DNA of 59,633 bases from the IMG/VR virus record IMGVR_UViG_3300032323_001198, positions 1-59,633 of that record. One strand, written 5' to 3'. The notes under the pieces were generated by a model, which saw only the letters and a list, made by a program, of their open reading frames with translations, ran no database searches and was not told the origin of the DNA. Below, one piece after another: positions 6,863 to 15,458 of this stretch (the first letter of the stretch is position 1; each line of letters begins with the position of its first letter). Both the position numbers and the translations under genes were made by a program. The DNA comes from a virus. Lineage: Duplodnaviria > Caudoviricetes.

Positions 6863-7468
6863 ATGCCAAGCGTATTTTTAGTCAGTGACACGCACTTCGG
6901 CCACGCTGGCGTGTGCCGTTTCACTCGAAATGATGGTGTTACAAAGTTGCGTCCGTGGGACGACCCTGCCGAAATGGATGAAGCAATGATCAAGGCTTGG
7001 AACGAACGTGTCAAGCCCTCAGATAAAGTTTACCATTTAGGTGATGTTGTTATTAACCGTAAGGCCATGGCAACATTGGGCCGTTTAAACGGAGATAAAG
7101 TACTGATCCGTGGAAATCACGATATTTTCCGTGACGACGAGTACCGTATGTACTTCCGTGAACTACGTGCTTACCACGTTATGAACGGTATGATCTTAAG
7201 TCATATTCCAGTACATAGCGATAGTTTGGGTCGTTTTGGTGTTAACATTCACGGACACTTACACGCAAACCGTGTTCGTAAGCCTAGAGGAGTTGATGCT
7301 AAAACTGGTGAAATTTTATACAGCAATGAAATTGATACCAGATATCATTGCGTATGTGTGGAACAAACACCAGACTTTGCACCTATCTTGTTTGAAGACG
7401 TTATCAAACGTATTGAAGCAGAAGGCGGAAGTGTTGGGTTTAAGAACGGAAACGGTCCTACAATGTGA
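6863..7468 (+). CDS. Calcineurin-like metallophosphoesterase
   Basis: SDTHFGH, HLGD, RGNHD, HGHLH motifs. Confidence 0.92.
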   Translation: MPSVFLVSDTHFGHAGVCRFTRNDGVTKLRPWDDPAEMDEAMIKAWNERVKPSDKVYHLGDVVINRKAMATLGRLNGDKVLIRGNHDIFRDDEYRMYFRELRAYHVMNGMILSHIPVHSDSLGRFGVNIHGHLHANRVRKPRGVDAKTGEILYSNEIDTRYHCVCVEQTPDFAPILFEDVIKRIEAEGGSVGFKNGNGPTM

Positions 7469-7485
7469 CATTATCTACGTAGTTT

Positions 7486-7513
7486 ATAGGGCTCTTCGGA
7501 GCCCTATTTTTTT
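7486..7513 (+). terminator. Rho-independent terminator
   Basis: ATAGGGCTC-ttcg-GAGCCCTAT followed by T-run. Confidence 0.9.
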
Positions 7514-7559
7514 GGCTGGACTAAATATATGAGTTAGGAATGATTCCAGGAGTTACGTT

Positions 7560-9026
7560 ATGCCATTACAGCTTCGCAGAGGCAACACCGCTGAAGTTAA
7601 CAGTATTACGCCCTTAGTAGGCGAAATAGTCTATGACACCCAATTAAAAAGAGTCACTGTTGGTGACGGTTCCACTGCTGGCGGTATAGCCATTGCTGGC
7701 GTGTCTTTGAATGAAGCCAAAGATGCAGCAGCATCTTCCTTGTTAGCAGGAACACATAAAAATATTTCTTTTGCTTATAACAGCACAACAAAGGTTCTAA
7801 GCGCCACTGTTGATATTCTTACACACGAAACAATAGTTGCAGATGCCATTGATGTGTCTGCTGTAAAAGACGGATCTACAATAATATTAGATGTAGCCAA
7901 CGCTACCCTTTATGCAGATGTAACAGGAAACGTAACCGGCAATATTAACGGTGTTGTAACAGGCACTGCTGGTTCTAGTCTTATTGGCAATGTTACTGGT
8001 AATACCACAGGATATCATACAGGCGATGTTAAGGGTTCTGTATTTGCAGATGACTCAACAGTATTAGTAGATGGCGTATCTGGAAAACTATTTGGAGATC
8101 TAACTGGTAATGTTACTGGCAATTTAACAGGTAATGTTACTGGTAATTTAACAGGTAATGCAGATTCAGCAACTGTTTCTGCAACCATTAATATTACAAA
8201 TACTAACGGATTGGCAACTGTTTACTATCCAACATTTGTACAAGATAGAACAACCGGCCAGATTCTTCGTGGTGATGTAGATCTGTCATATAGAACAGAT
8301 ACTAACACATTAACTTCTCCAAATTTTGCAGGAAACCTAGTCGGTAATGTTACAGGCAATGTAACAGGTAATACCACAGGATATCATACAGGCGATGTTA
8401 AAGGTTCAATATTCGCAGATGATTCTACTGTACTAGTCAATTCTGTAGCAGGATTATTGAACGGTTCTGCTATTTCCGATATTACCACACCACGTGTTAC
8501 TATTAATAGAAACAGCGATACTGGAGTTTCTATTCTTATGAATGCCTTAACTAGTGCCGGTGATACTGCATCGGGTGCTGAGTTCCGTGTATCTCGAGGT
8601 ACATTGGCTTCGCCAACGGCTCCTTCTGCAGGCGATCCGGTATTCTTATTAACCGGTAAGGCCTATAAAGCAGATATTACAGATTATGCATTGTCATCGG
8701 CAATTATCGGTATTGTAGGATCCGATCCGCTGGTTCCTGCAGTCAATTATGTTAGCGGACAATTAGAGTTTTATGTTACAGACGGTACTAGAGATTTATT
8801 TGACTCTGCCTTTGTAATGTCCTATGATGGGGCTGGAGTACTATCTGTTCCAACAGTTGAAGCAAGAACTGCCTTTCAGTTACCTGTATATGCCGATGAT
8901 GCTGCTAGACTAGCAGCGATTCCTTCACCCGCCCAAGGTATGATGATATTCATGGTTTCTGGAACTGCACCTGCAGCCACTAATAACACACAAGTATTCA
9001 ACGGCTCGAATTGGGTCAACTTATAA
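7560..9026 (+). CDS. Tail fibre/virion structural protein with Mtd-N-like N-terminus and GNVTG repeats
   Basis: LQLRRG...GEIVYDT...VGDG N-terminus; (GNxT)n repeats; ACTAAATA box upstream. Confidence 0.8.
   Translation: MPLQLRRGNTAEVNSITPLVGEIVYDTQLKRVTVGDGSTAGGIAIAGVSLNEAKDAAASSLLAGTHKNISFAYNSTTKVLSATVDILTHETIVADAIDVSAVKDGSTIILDVANATLYADVTGNVTGNINGVVTGTAGSSLIGNVTGNTTGYHTGDVKGSVFADDSTVLVDGVSGKLFGDLTGNVTGNLTGNVTGNLTGNADSATVSATINITNTNGLATVYYPTFVQDRTTGQILRGDVDLSYRTDTNTLTSPNFAGNLVGNVTGNVTGNTTGYHTGDVKGSIFADDSTVLVNSVAGLLNGSAISDITTPRVTINRNSDTGVSILMNALTSAGDTASGAEFRVSRGTLASPTAPSAGDPVFLLTGKAYKADITDYALSSAIIGIVGSDPLVPAVNYVSGQLEFYVTDGTRDLFDSAFVMSYDGAGVLSVPTVEARTAFQLPVYADDAARLAAIPSPAQGMMIFMVSGTAPAATNNTQVFNGSNWVNL
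7986..8437 (+). repeat. Internal duplication (~80 nt) plus tandem GGNAAT-NTN-ACN repeats in fibre gene
   Basis: GGTAATACCACAGGATATCATACAGGCGATGTTAA occurs twice (~7998 and ~8367). Confidence 0.85.
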
Positions 9027-9515
9027 GATTTCCGAAAGTTGTAACATAATTCTAGGGGAATAACTTATATTGGCAGCGCCGTGTAAATCGGTAGCATAGT
9101 CAAATTGATATAAGTCCCCTAGTTTGTAGTCCTTAATCATTTCCCCTTTATAGATAAACACATGTCCGGGCTCATAGTCCATGAGTGGCATCCAATATCT
9201 TCTAACATCAGAAGTATGAGTGAACGGATCAGAGTGCATGGGCATGTATTGTCCAGGCATTAACTTAGTGATCCACCAACTGGTCTTACCTTGACTCCAA
9301 CTAGGTTGGATATCTATTCCCAGATCATCTTTTTCGTAGATTGTCCATAAAGGTTTTGAAAAATCGTAACCTGCTTCTTGGGCTAGTTGATATTGCTCTC
9401 TTTCAAAGTAATTTAAAAGATCTCCAAAATCAGGTCTTGGTTTTCCAGGCCGTTGATTAACCAATTCAACCCAACGCGGGTCTACCCAATCTTTGTAATT
9501 TCCTATTAGATTCAT
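9021..9515 (-). CDS. Small Fe(II)/2OG (AspH-like) oxygenase
   Basis: LMPGQYMPMHSD...LHGAAN...PRIMLQ; HxD...H triad. Confidence 0.75.
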   Translation of the reverse strand: MNLIGNYKDWVDPRWVELVNQRPGKPRPDFGDLLNYFEREQYQLAQEAGYDFSKPLWTIYEKDDLGIDIQPSWSQGKTSWWITKLMPGQYMPMHSDPFTHTSDVRRYWMPLMDYEPGHVFIYKGEMIKDYKLGDLYQFDYATDLHGAANISYSPRIMLQLSEIL

Positions 9516-9516
9516 T

Positions 9517-10332
9517 TTAATAACTGTCTACTTGATCTATACCTAGTCTCTTTCTAAAGTTTTCAGTGAACACACAGTCTATCCTAACTCCGTACTCTTG
9601 CTCTCTAGAAAATTCTCCACCGTGCCAATCTTGATCATTCCAAAAACTAGCATGGCCATTCATATAACATTTATTTTCCGATTCTGAATCTCTAACATAA
9701 AATCCACGCTTAGTTCTAGAGCGCATATGAATAAATTCATTTTTGTGAGGAGTATATTGACTGTTGTTGAATATTCCGTTCTTAGCATCTAGGTCTCGAT
9801 GTTCAAAAGCAACTCCATTGTGATCACATAAAAATATAATCACCCTTCCTATCTGTGAAATAACATCTGTATCTATAAGATTCTTAATCCATGCAACTAA
9901 CCCAGGAAAATATTTAGATTCTTCGGTTTGATTTTTTTCAGAATTTCTAGTATCCCAATTTCCTTCTTCCCAAAGAAAATAATATATGTAAGGATCATTT
10001 GCTCCCATAGTTGCTTTGAGATATCTAGTAAAAATATTTCTCTGTTTATAATCTTTGAAGTTATTAGGAAATATTTCTTTACCTGCAACCTTAATAGGAT
10101 CATTATCTGAGAGTGCCTGATATTCGTCAAATGCCTTATGTATAGGTTTCCAATCAATAATGTAACTAGCATCTTCCCATCTAAATCCAGGAGCCATCCA
10201 AGTTCCTTCTTTGGCATACTCTCTAGCCAAAGCCATACCTTTAGATATTTCAGGGTGTAGATTTTTGAATCCTTCTATATCTAAGTAAGGATCAAGATTA
10301 ATATAGGGCTGACCGCCAATTCCTTTGATCAT
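9517..10332 (-). CDS. Putative cupin/2OG oxygenase
   Basis: EHRD...WNDQDWHGG...RID; TATAAATA box upstream. Confidence 0.55.
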   Translation of the reverse strand: MIKGIGGQPYINLDPYLDIEGFKNLHPEISKGMALAREYAKEGTWMAPGFRWEDASYIIDWKPIHKAFDEYQALSDNDPIKVAGKEIFPNNFKDYKQRNIFTRYLKATMGANDPYIYYFLWEEGNWDTRNSEKNQTEESKYFPGLVAWIKNLIDTDVISQIGRVIIFLCDHNGVAFEHRDLDAKNGIFNNSQYTPHKNEFIHMRSRTKRGFYVRDSESENKCYMNGHASFWNDQDWHGGEFSREQEYGVRIDCVFTENFRKRLGIDQVDSY

Positions 10333-10337
10333 GAAAA

Positions 10338-10353
10338 TATTTATAGTTAAATA
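10338..10353. promoter_or_regulatory. Back-to-back late-promoter boxes (TATAAATA on -, GTTAAATA on +)
   Basis: Each box is 5 nt upstream of a divergent ATG. Confidence 0.7.
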
Positions 10354-10358
10354 TCTCC

Positions 10359-11063
10359 ATGAACACTGAGTTTGAATACTACTATAATAATGTTCCTGAC
10401 AAGGGACTTTGCAGAAATAATTTGATTTATACTAGCCTAATCAGCCACGATAAAAAAACATTTTGTCAATGGTATTACAATGATCAAGGATATCATGGCG
10501 GGAAAAATCAAGTGGTAGATCCTAGTCTAATGGAATCAAAATGGCTACGTGAAGTGAAATTTATTAAACTTATAAGTGAACACTATCCAGAACACGTACC
10601 TGAAATTCTAGACATAGATTATATTAACAGAAAAATCTTTCTAAAAATCGACGGTCCCGATATGTGGGAATTAGCAGGTTGCCAAGGTAACGACTATATC
10701 AGCGTTCTTCCTAATTGGGAAGAACAGATGCTAGACATTATTAAAAGTTATCAATCATTAGGCATTTATAAAATGTCTATGCATCCTAGCAGTTATTTTA
10801 TCATTGACGGAAAAATGAAAGGTATAAATTATTTTTTCTGTTATACTGACGAGGATGAAGAAATATCTATGAGTAGTCTAATGAGTCATATCAGTAAAGA
10901 TAGACAAAAAACTCTACAACCTATATTTGACTCTTTGAAAATTAATCCCGATGAGCCAACTGCTTTTTGGAAAATACAGATGCTGACCTTTGAAACGTTT
11001 AAAACAAACTTCTTAGACAGTACTATGGAAAAGGCTAAACTGATTTATCAACGGCCTGTTTAA
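10359..11063 (+). CDS. Protein-kinase-like fold protein with degenerate catalytic loop
   Basis: REVKF, VPEILDID, YKMSMHPSSYFIIDGKMKGINYF resembles HxDLxxxN...IDFG; paralog at 13142. Confidence 0.5.
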   Translation: MNTEFEYYYNNVPDKGLCRNNLIYTSLISHDKKTFCQWYYNDQGYHGGKNQVVDPSLMESKWLREVKFIKLISEHYPEHVPEILDIDYINRKIFLKIDGPDMWELAGCQGNDYISVLPNWEEQMLDIIKSYQSLGIYKMSMHPSSYFIIDGKMKGINYFFCYTDEDEEISMSSLMSHISKDRQKTLQPIFDSLKINPDEPTAFWKIQMLTFETFKTNFLDSTMEKAKLIYQRPV

Positions 11064-11667
11064 TTCTTTCAACTAATTGATCCAACTGCGGTTTAGTTTT
11101 CATTTTAGTTGATATTTGATCATAGAGCAAATCTGTAATCTTAAAATTAAATCTTACATTATTGAAACTGGGATTTCGTATCCAAAAATTCACAGTGTCA
11201 ACTACTTCATCAAAAGATATAGTATAGTCACATTTAAGATTATTGGGATCGTCTATGTCTACAATATTGCCTTCTAGACAGGAAAGATCAAGATGCAGTA
11301 TTTTTGTTTTACTATTCTTATCTAGAGAAATTAAATGACAGACTTCTGCTAGATCTTTTTTATTTTTTCCGTAATCTGTAGGTATTAGATCATTAAAGAA
11401 TCCGCCTTGAGATCCTGATACTACTAACATCTTTACTCGATTATTTAGATGCTTGACTAATTCTATTTGTCTTCGATCTGCATAGGCATTGCTAATAAAC
11501 AAATCACAATTTTCTGCTGCGGCAATCACAGAGTCGATAGATGTTTTAATATCCGTTCCTTGACTTCTACTAAAACCTATTACTGTATTATTGGGATCTT
11601 TGACAAAATGATCATATAATGTTTTGCCTAAGCCTCTAGTATGACCTGTTATAACTATTTTCATCAA
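11035..11667 (-). CDS. Short-chain dehydrogenase/reductase
   Basis: VITGHTRGLG, ISNA, YGKNK (YxxxK). Confidence 0.85.
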   Translation of the reverse strand: MMKIVITGHTRGLGKTLYDHFVKDPNNTVIGFSRSQGTDIKTSIDSVIAAAENCDLFISNAYADRRQIELVKHLNNRVKMLVVSGSQGGFFNDLIPTDYGKNKKDLAEVCHLISLDKNSKTKILHLDLSCLEGNIVDIDDPNNLKCDYTISFDEVVDTVNFWIRNPSFNNVRFNFKITDLLYDQISTKMKTKPQLDQLVERIKQAVDKSV

Positions 11668-11834
11668 ACTAAATTCTTTTTTACAAACTCTAAAAATCCG
11701 TTAGGCATTTTTTCATCTACAATTTTTTTGACTTCTTCAATTTCATAAAGATCCTTTAGAATCTTATACATAGCAGCATTGGCCTGCTGTAACTCCATGA
11801 ACTTGTTTAAGAAGAACTCGTCTTTGTTATCCAT
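11664..11834 (-). CDS. Small hypothetical protein (56 aa, MDNKDEFFLNKFMELQQANAAMY...)
   Basis: Manually read ORF that exactly fills the gap and is coupled to both neighbours. Confidence 0.7.
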   Translation of the reverse strand: MDNKDEFFLNKFMELQQANAAMYKILKDLYEIEEVKKIVDEKMPNGFLEFVKKNLV

Positions 11835-11835
11835 A

Positions 11836-12675
11836 TCAATATCCTCTGCTATCGTCTCTTTTCAAATTACTTAGACAGAAAATGATAGCAAATTTTTCGC
11901 CTTCGGTTATTTCTTTGCTTTCGTGTATCAATGACCAGTCTAAATCTAAATCTTCAGTGTGATGCCAAACAGACATTCTACCTTTTTTAGGTTTGATAGA
12001 AACATCTATGTGTGGAAAGTATGTTTCACCGCCAACAAAATCATCATTAAGATAAACCAGTGCTACTGCATCTCTAGTTCCTGCTTTTTGATAATAATCT
12101 AATTTTCTTGGATCATATGGCCAATCATGATGCGGAGTCATGTAATGACCTGTTTGATAGTATAATATGTCTGCTGACTCTATAAGATAGTAAGGTCTGC
12201 CTAACGCATCTGATGCGGCAGTTGAAATAGTATCATAATCTTGATAGGTAAAATCGTTAAGTATCCTTCGGTGGATATTTCGATCGTTGGCTTGACCATA
12301 TGTATCTCTAGAACAATCTGATCTATGGTCTCCCATGGTAATATACTTTCCAGGGTAATCTACGCTAAGACTACGTTTGATTAGATCATCGCAATATTCA
12401 TCGGGTAGAACATTATCATAGATACTGACTCTTGGATAGTCATGAAGAACAACTTCTTTGAACTTAGACGACTTTTCTTTAATTTGATCGTAACTAAAAT
12501 TAATTACATTAAGATCAAAGATTGAATTATCAATAACTTTAAATTCTACACGTTGACCTTCTAACAAACAACCTTGTCTGTAATTATACACCGGAATTTC
12601 CACACCATTATCGGAAGAGATGAGGCCATAAGATTTTGAGTTGTTAAACCATTTAACTGTTCCAGTTTCCATCAT
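11836..12675 (-). CDS. Cold-shock domain fused to prolyl-4-hydroxylase-type Fe/2OG oxygenase
   Basis: N-term ETGTVKWFNNSKSYGLI...EGQRVEF (CSD); C-term YQTGHYMTPHHD...YLND...GGETYFP...IHES..IT.GEK (P4H). Confidence 0.85.
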   Translation of the reverse strand: MMETGTVKWFNNSKSYGLISSDNGVEIPVYNYRQGCLLEGQRVEFKVIDNSIFDLNVINFSYDQIKEKSSKFKEVVLHDYPRVSIYDNVLPDEYCDDLIKRSLSVDYPGKYITMGDHRSDCSRDTYGQANDRNIHRRILNDFTYQDYDTISTAASDALGRPYYLIESADILYYQTGHYMTPHHDWPYDPRKLDYYQKAGTRDAVALVYLNDDFVGGETYFPHIDVSIKPKKGRMSVWHHTEDLDLDWSLIHESKEITEGEKFAIIFCLSNLKRDDSRGY

Positions 12676-13145
12676 TTAGTCCTATATGAAAATGCTATAA
12701 TGTCAGTATTTAGTAACCAAAATTTAATAGAATCGTAGATCAGCCTACTGTCTTTATATACTTTACCTGTGAGATTTATGATCAGCAAATCGCTGACTTT
12801 TTTCTCCAGTGCCTGTTTTGTAAAATAGTCATCTAGTTCTTTTTTGTTCTGACTATATTCTACCATAGTAGAATCTGGATATCTTGCAGCCACAGATCCC
12901 ATCACTACTATTTTATTGTTAGTATTGATTAAATTTTCTAAAATCTTTTTTTGAACACCGTTGGCATAGGCATTTAAAATCACTAGACTGTTTTCTTCTA
13001 TCTGTGAAATTATTGTTGCGTAATCTTTTTCTATGTCGTAACCGTTGGTTCTATCAAACCCAGAAACATCGTATCCGTCTTTGACAAAGTAATCGGCAAT
13101 ATGTTTTCCAAGACCTCTGGATTTACCTATGACATAAACTTTCAT
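12672..13145 (-). CDS. Truncated SDR-like Rossmann protein
   Basis: VIGKSRGLG, LNAY, GSVAA, YSQNK. Confidence 0.75.
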   Translation of the reverse strand: MKVYVIGKSRGLGKHIADYFVKDGYDVSGFDRTNGYDIEKDYATIISQIEENSLVILNAYANGVQKKILENLINTNNKIVVMGSVAARYPDSTMVEYSQNKKELDDYFTKQALEKKVSDLLIINLTGKVYKDSRLIYDSIKFWLLNTDIIAFSYRTK

Positions 13146-13822
13146 TTGTTAAAAATTAAATCGTGTATAAATTTTAAATCTTTATTGCCCCACAATACAT
13201 GTTCTTGTAATCCTCTTTTAAACATGATTTCTAGATTGTAATAGTCCCCGACTAACGGTCCGGTTTCGTCCAATCTAAATTTTGCTGATTCGTGTATAAT
13301 AGCGTCCATATATTTTCTATGGATAAGAGGATGTTCTATAGGAACACAACCATACCAATCTATGGCTTTTAACTGACCTTGATCAGTGACATAATGACAA
13401 TGGCTGTACATGGTTAATTTATAATAGCCTTCTTTGATCTGATCTAACATTACATCTTTTAATTGTTCGAGCCAATCTAGCGGCCAGTTACTGTCAGTAT
13501 AAACAGTATGATTACAACTGTTTCCATACCACTTTATGAAAATTTGTTTGTTGGCGTGATCAATATCTAAAACTTCAGGAGCATAATCTTTGCCGGCAAA
13601 ATGCTGTAAGTTTTTTATATCGTTATTAAAAAACCAATTTATAACTTCTTGATCATAGAGAGGTCGTTCGCCCATGGATTGGTGATACGAAGTATGCAAA
13701 TTATAATTTGCACAGAATACAGTGCCTTCAGGATTTATCAAAGGTTCATAGGTAGTTTGTGCCATACCCAGTTTACCCACTTCACTGAATTTATAGTAGT
13801 GATTCCAATTAGAGATATTCAT
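13142..13822 (-). CDS. Protein-kinase-like fold protein (paralog of 10359)
   Basis: APEVLDID..KQIFI, YYKLTMYSHCHYV..GQLKAIDWYG. Confidence 0.5.
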   Translation of the reverse strand: MNISNWNHYYKFSEVGKLGMAQTTYEPLINPEGTVFCANYNLHTSYHQSMGERPLYDQEVINWFFNNDIKNLQHFAGKDYAPEVLDIDHANKQIFIKWYGNSCNHTVYTDSNWPLDWLEQLKDVMLDQIKEGYYKLTMYSHCHYVTDQGQLKAIDWYGCVPIEHPLIHRKYMDAIIHESAKFRLDETGPLVGDYYNLEIMFKRGLQEHVLWGNKDLKFIHDLIFNK

Positions 13823-13861
13823 TTGTAAATATTTAACGTAATAAATATTCTACTAAAAATA

Positions 13862-14827
13862 ATGTCTACTCAATTTCAACCCTCTACACTATGTTGGTAC
13901 GACGATAACGGTATCAATTTACCAATGATTTCTGATCATGCTAGGAATCAATTCTATCAACGTATACTATCCAAATCAGTAAAGAATAAAACATGTATCG
14001 ATGTTGGGTTCGGGACTGGTTTATTATCTCTAATGGCTTTAGAACAAGGTGCTGAAAAGATAATTGCTTTTGAAACAAACGCCGAACGATATCATCTAGG
14101 TTTAGATATTATTGAAAAGTTAAAACTTAAAAATCTAATTGACCTAAGAAATGAACGATATTGTTCAACATATTTCAAAGATCAAACTTGTGTGATAATA
14201 CAAGAAATTGTCGGACACAATTTATGGAATGAGGGTCTAAGATTTATTATAGATAAAGATCAAGTTTTAGTTCCTGGAGACTTTTACTGCGAATACTATT
14301 GTTGTCCTATTGATGAAAATATCTATCAACAGTTTATAAACCATCATACAGACTCAAGTAAAATAAATCTAGGAATTAATTTAAACAATTTTAATTTTTT
14401 AAAATTAATTTATGAATATCAAATAAAAGAGCAAAATGTAATAAATTTAAATGACGAAAAAATTATCAAAGACATTTACAAAGATCTATTATCTAAAGGC
14501 AGTTTAATCGGAAAGTATTGCGTACTTACTAATCAGAAAAAATTGTTGATCAACGAAGCGACAGTAGAATATAATTTAGACTGTGATCAGATAGGATATA
14601 TTGATGTTCCTTTAACTATAAATTTGAAATTTGATTGTTCAATAATATTAGCCAAATATTTTATAGGACACAATGAAGATCTGCTAGTTATATCTCCCAG
14701 TGAAGATAATCCAACTTCTCACTGGGCAGTGCCTACTCCTGTTTGCGTAATATCTGATTTAGAAAACAGTTTTATAGCCAGAACTTATCTAGATGACGGT
14801 TCTGTAAGAGTGTATCCTAAGAAATGA
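13862..14827 (+). CDS. PRMT-like SAM-dependent methyltransferase
   Basis: MISDHARNQFY, IDVGFGTGLLS, double-E loop QEIVGHNLWNE, TSHW loop. Confidence 0.75.
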   Translation: MSTQFQPSTLCWYDDNGINLPMISDHARNQFYQRILSKSVKNKTCIDVGFGTGLLSLMALEQGAEKIIAFETNAERYHLGLDIIEKLKLKNLIDLRNERYCSTYFKDQTCVIIQEIVGHNLWNEGLRFIIDKDQVLVPGDFYCEYYCCPIDENIYQQFINHHTDSSKINLGINLNNFNFLKLIYEYQIKEQNVINLNDEKIIKDIYKDLLSKGSLIGKYCVLTNQKKLLINEATVEYNLDCDQIGYIDVPLTINLKFDCSIILAKYFIGHNEDLLVISPSEDNPTSHWAVPTPVCVISDLENSFIARTYLDDGSVRVYPKK

Positions 14828-15423
14828 AAAATGTAATTTGGCCTGTTGCTATTATTGATCAACGAATGTAGTTCTTTAGTAGTAGGCCACTTTACTACTG
14901 TGTGCTTAGATATATTTTCATATTTGTTATCACCGACTATAAAAATTTGATCTTGTACAGGATCATCTATGAATACCATGTATCTGACTAGATTTTTCTT
15001 TTCTAATTCAATCCAAGTTTTTTCTTGATCAAATTCGTCTTTATGAAAAGGTATAGTTGAGTATGCATCAACTCTGCTAATCCAACATTCCTGAACTGAG
15101 TGTCCAACAAGACTTTCAAACTTATCTACTATAGATTTTGAAAAATGATTCTCAGAATTATATTGCTCAAGATTTGGATAAAAATTTTGAAAGGTTATTT
15201 TTGTAAAATCAAGTCTCTGATCAAAATAATTCTTAACCATTTCAACAAACGGTGTTCTACTAAATTCAAATGGTAGAAGACCTTTGTCGATAATTTCTTG
15301 ATAAGTTTGTAACTCTGTTTTTTCTGTATCAATAGTTTGGTCTACATGACGTACTGAACCTGTCTTTGAGTCTAGGCTCTGAATAATGTCATCCCAATTT
15401 ATAATACCATCTGTGGTTATCAT
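14785..15423 (-). CDS. AspH-like Fe(II)/2OG oxygenase (start revised to 15423)
   Basis: WISRV..STIPFHKD...LHSLIN; TATAAATA on - strand at 15428-15435 favours the second Met. Confidence 0.7.
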   Translation of the reverse strand: MITTDGIINWDDIIQSLDSKTGSVRHVDQTIDTEKTELQTYQEIIDKGLLPFEFSRTPFVEMVKNYFDQRLDFTKITFQNFYPNLEQYNSENHFSKSIVDKFESLVGHSVQECWISRVDAYSTIPFHKDEFDQEKTWIELEKKNLVRYMVFIDDPVQDQIFIVGDNKYENISKHTVVKWPTTKELHSLINNSNRPNYIFHFLGYTLTEPSSR

Positions 15424-15458
15424 AAAGTATTTATAGTGGTACATTATAGCCTATAAAT

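Noticed and set aside
7986-8437. Possible CRISPR array or DGR template/variable repeat pair
   Set aside because: Both copies are in-frame within one CDS, differences are mostly synonymous and not adenine-specific, and no reverse transcriptase or cas gene is in the window.
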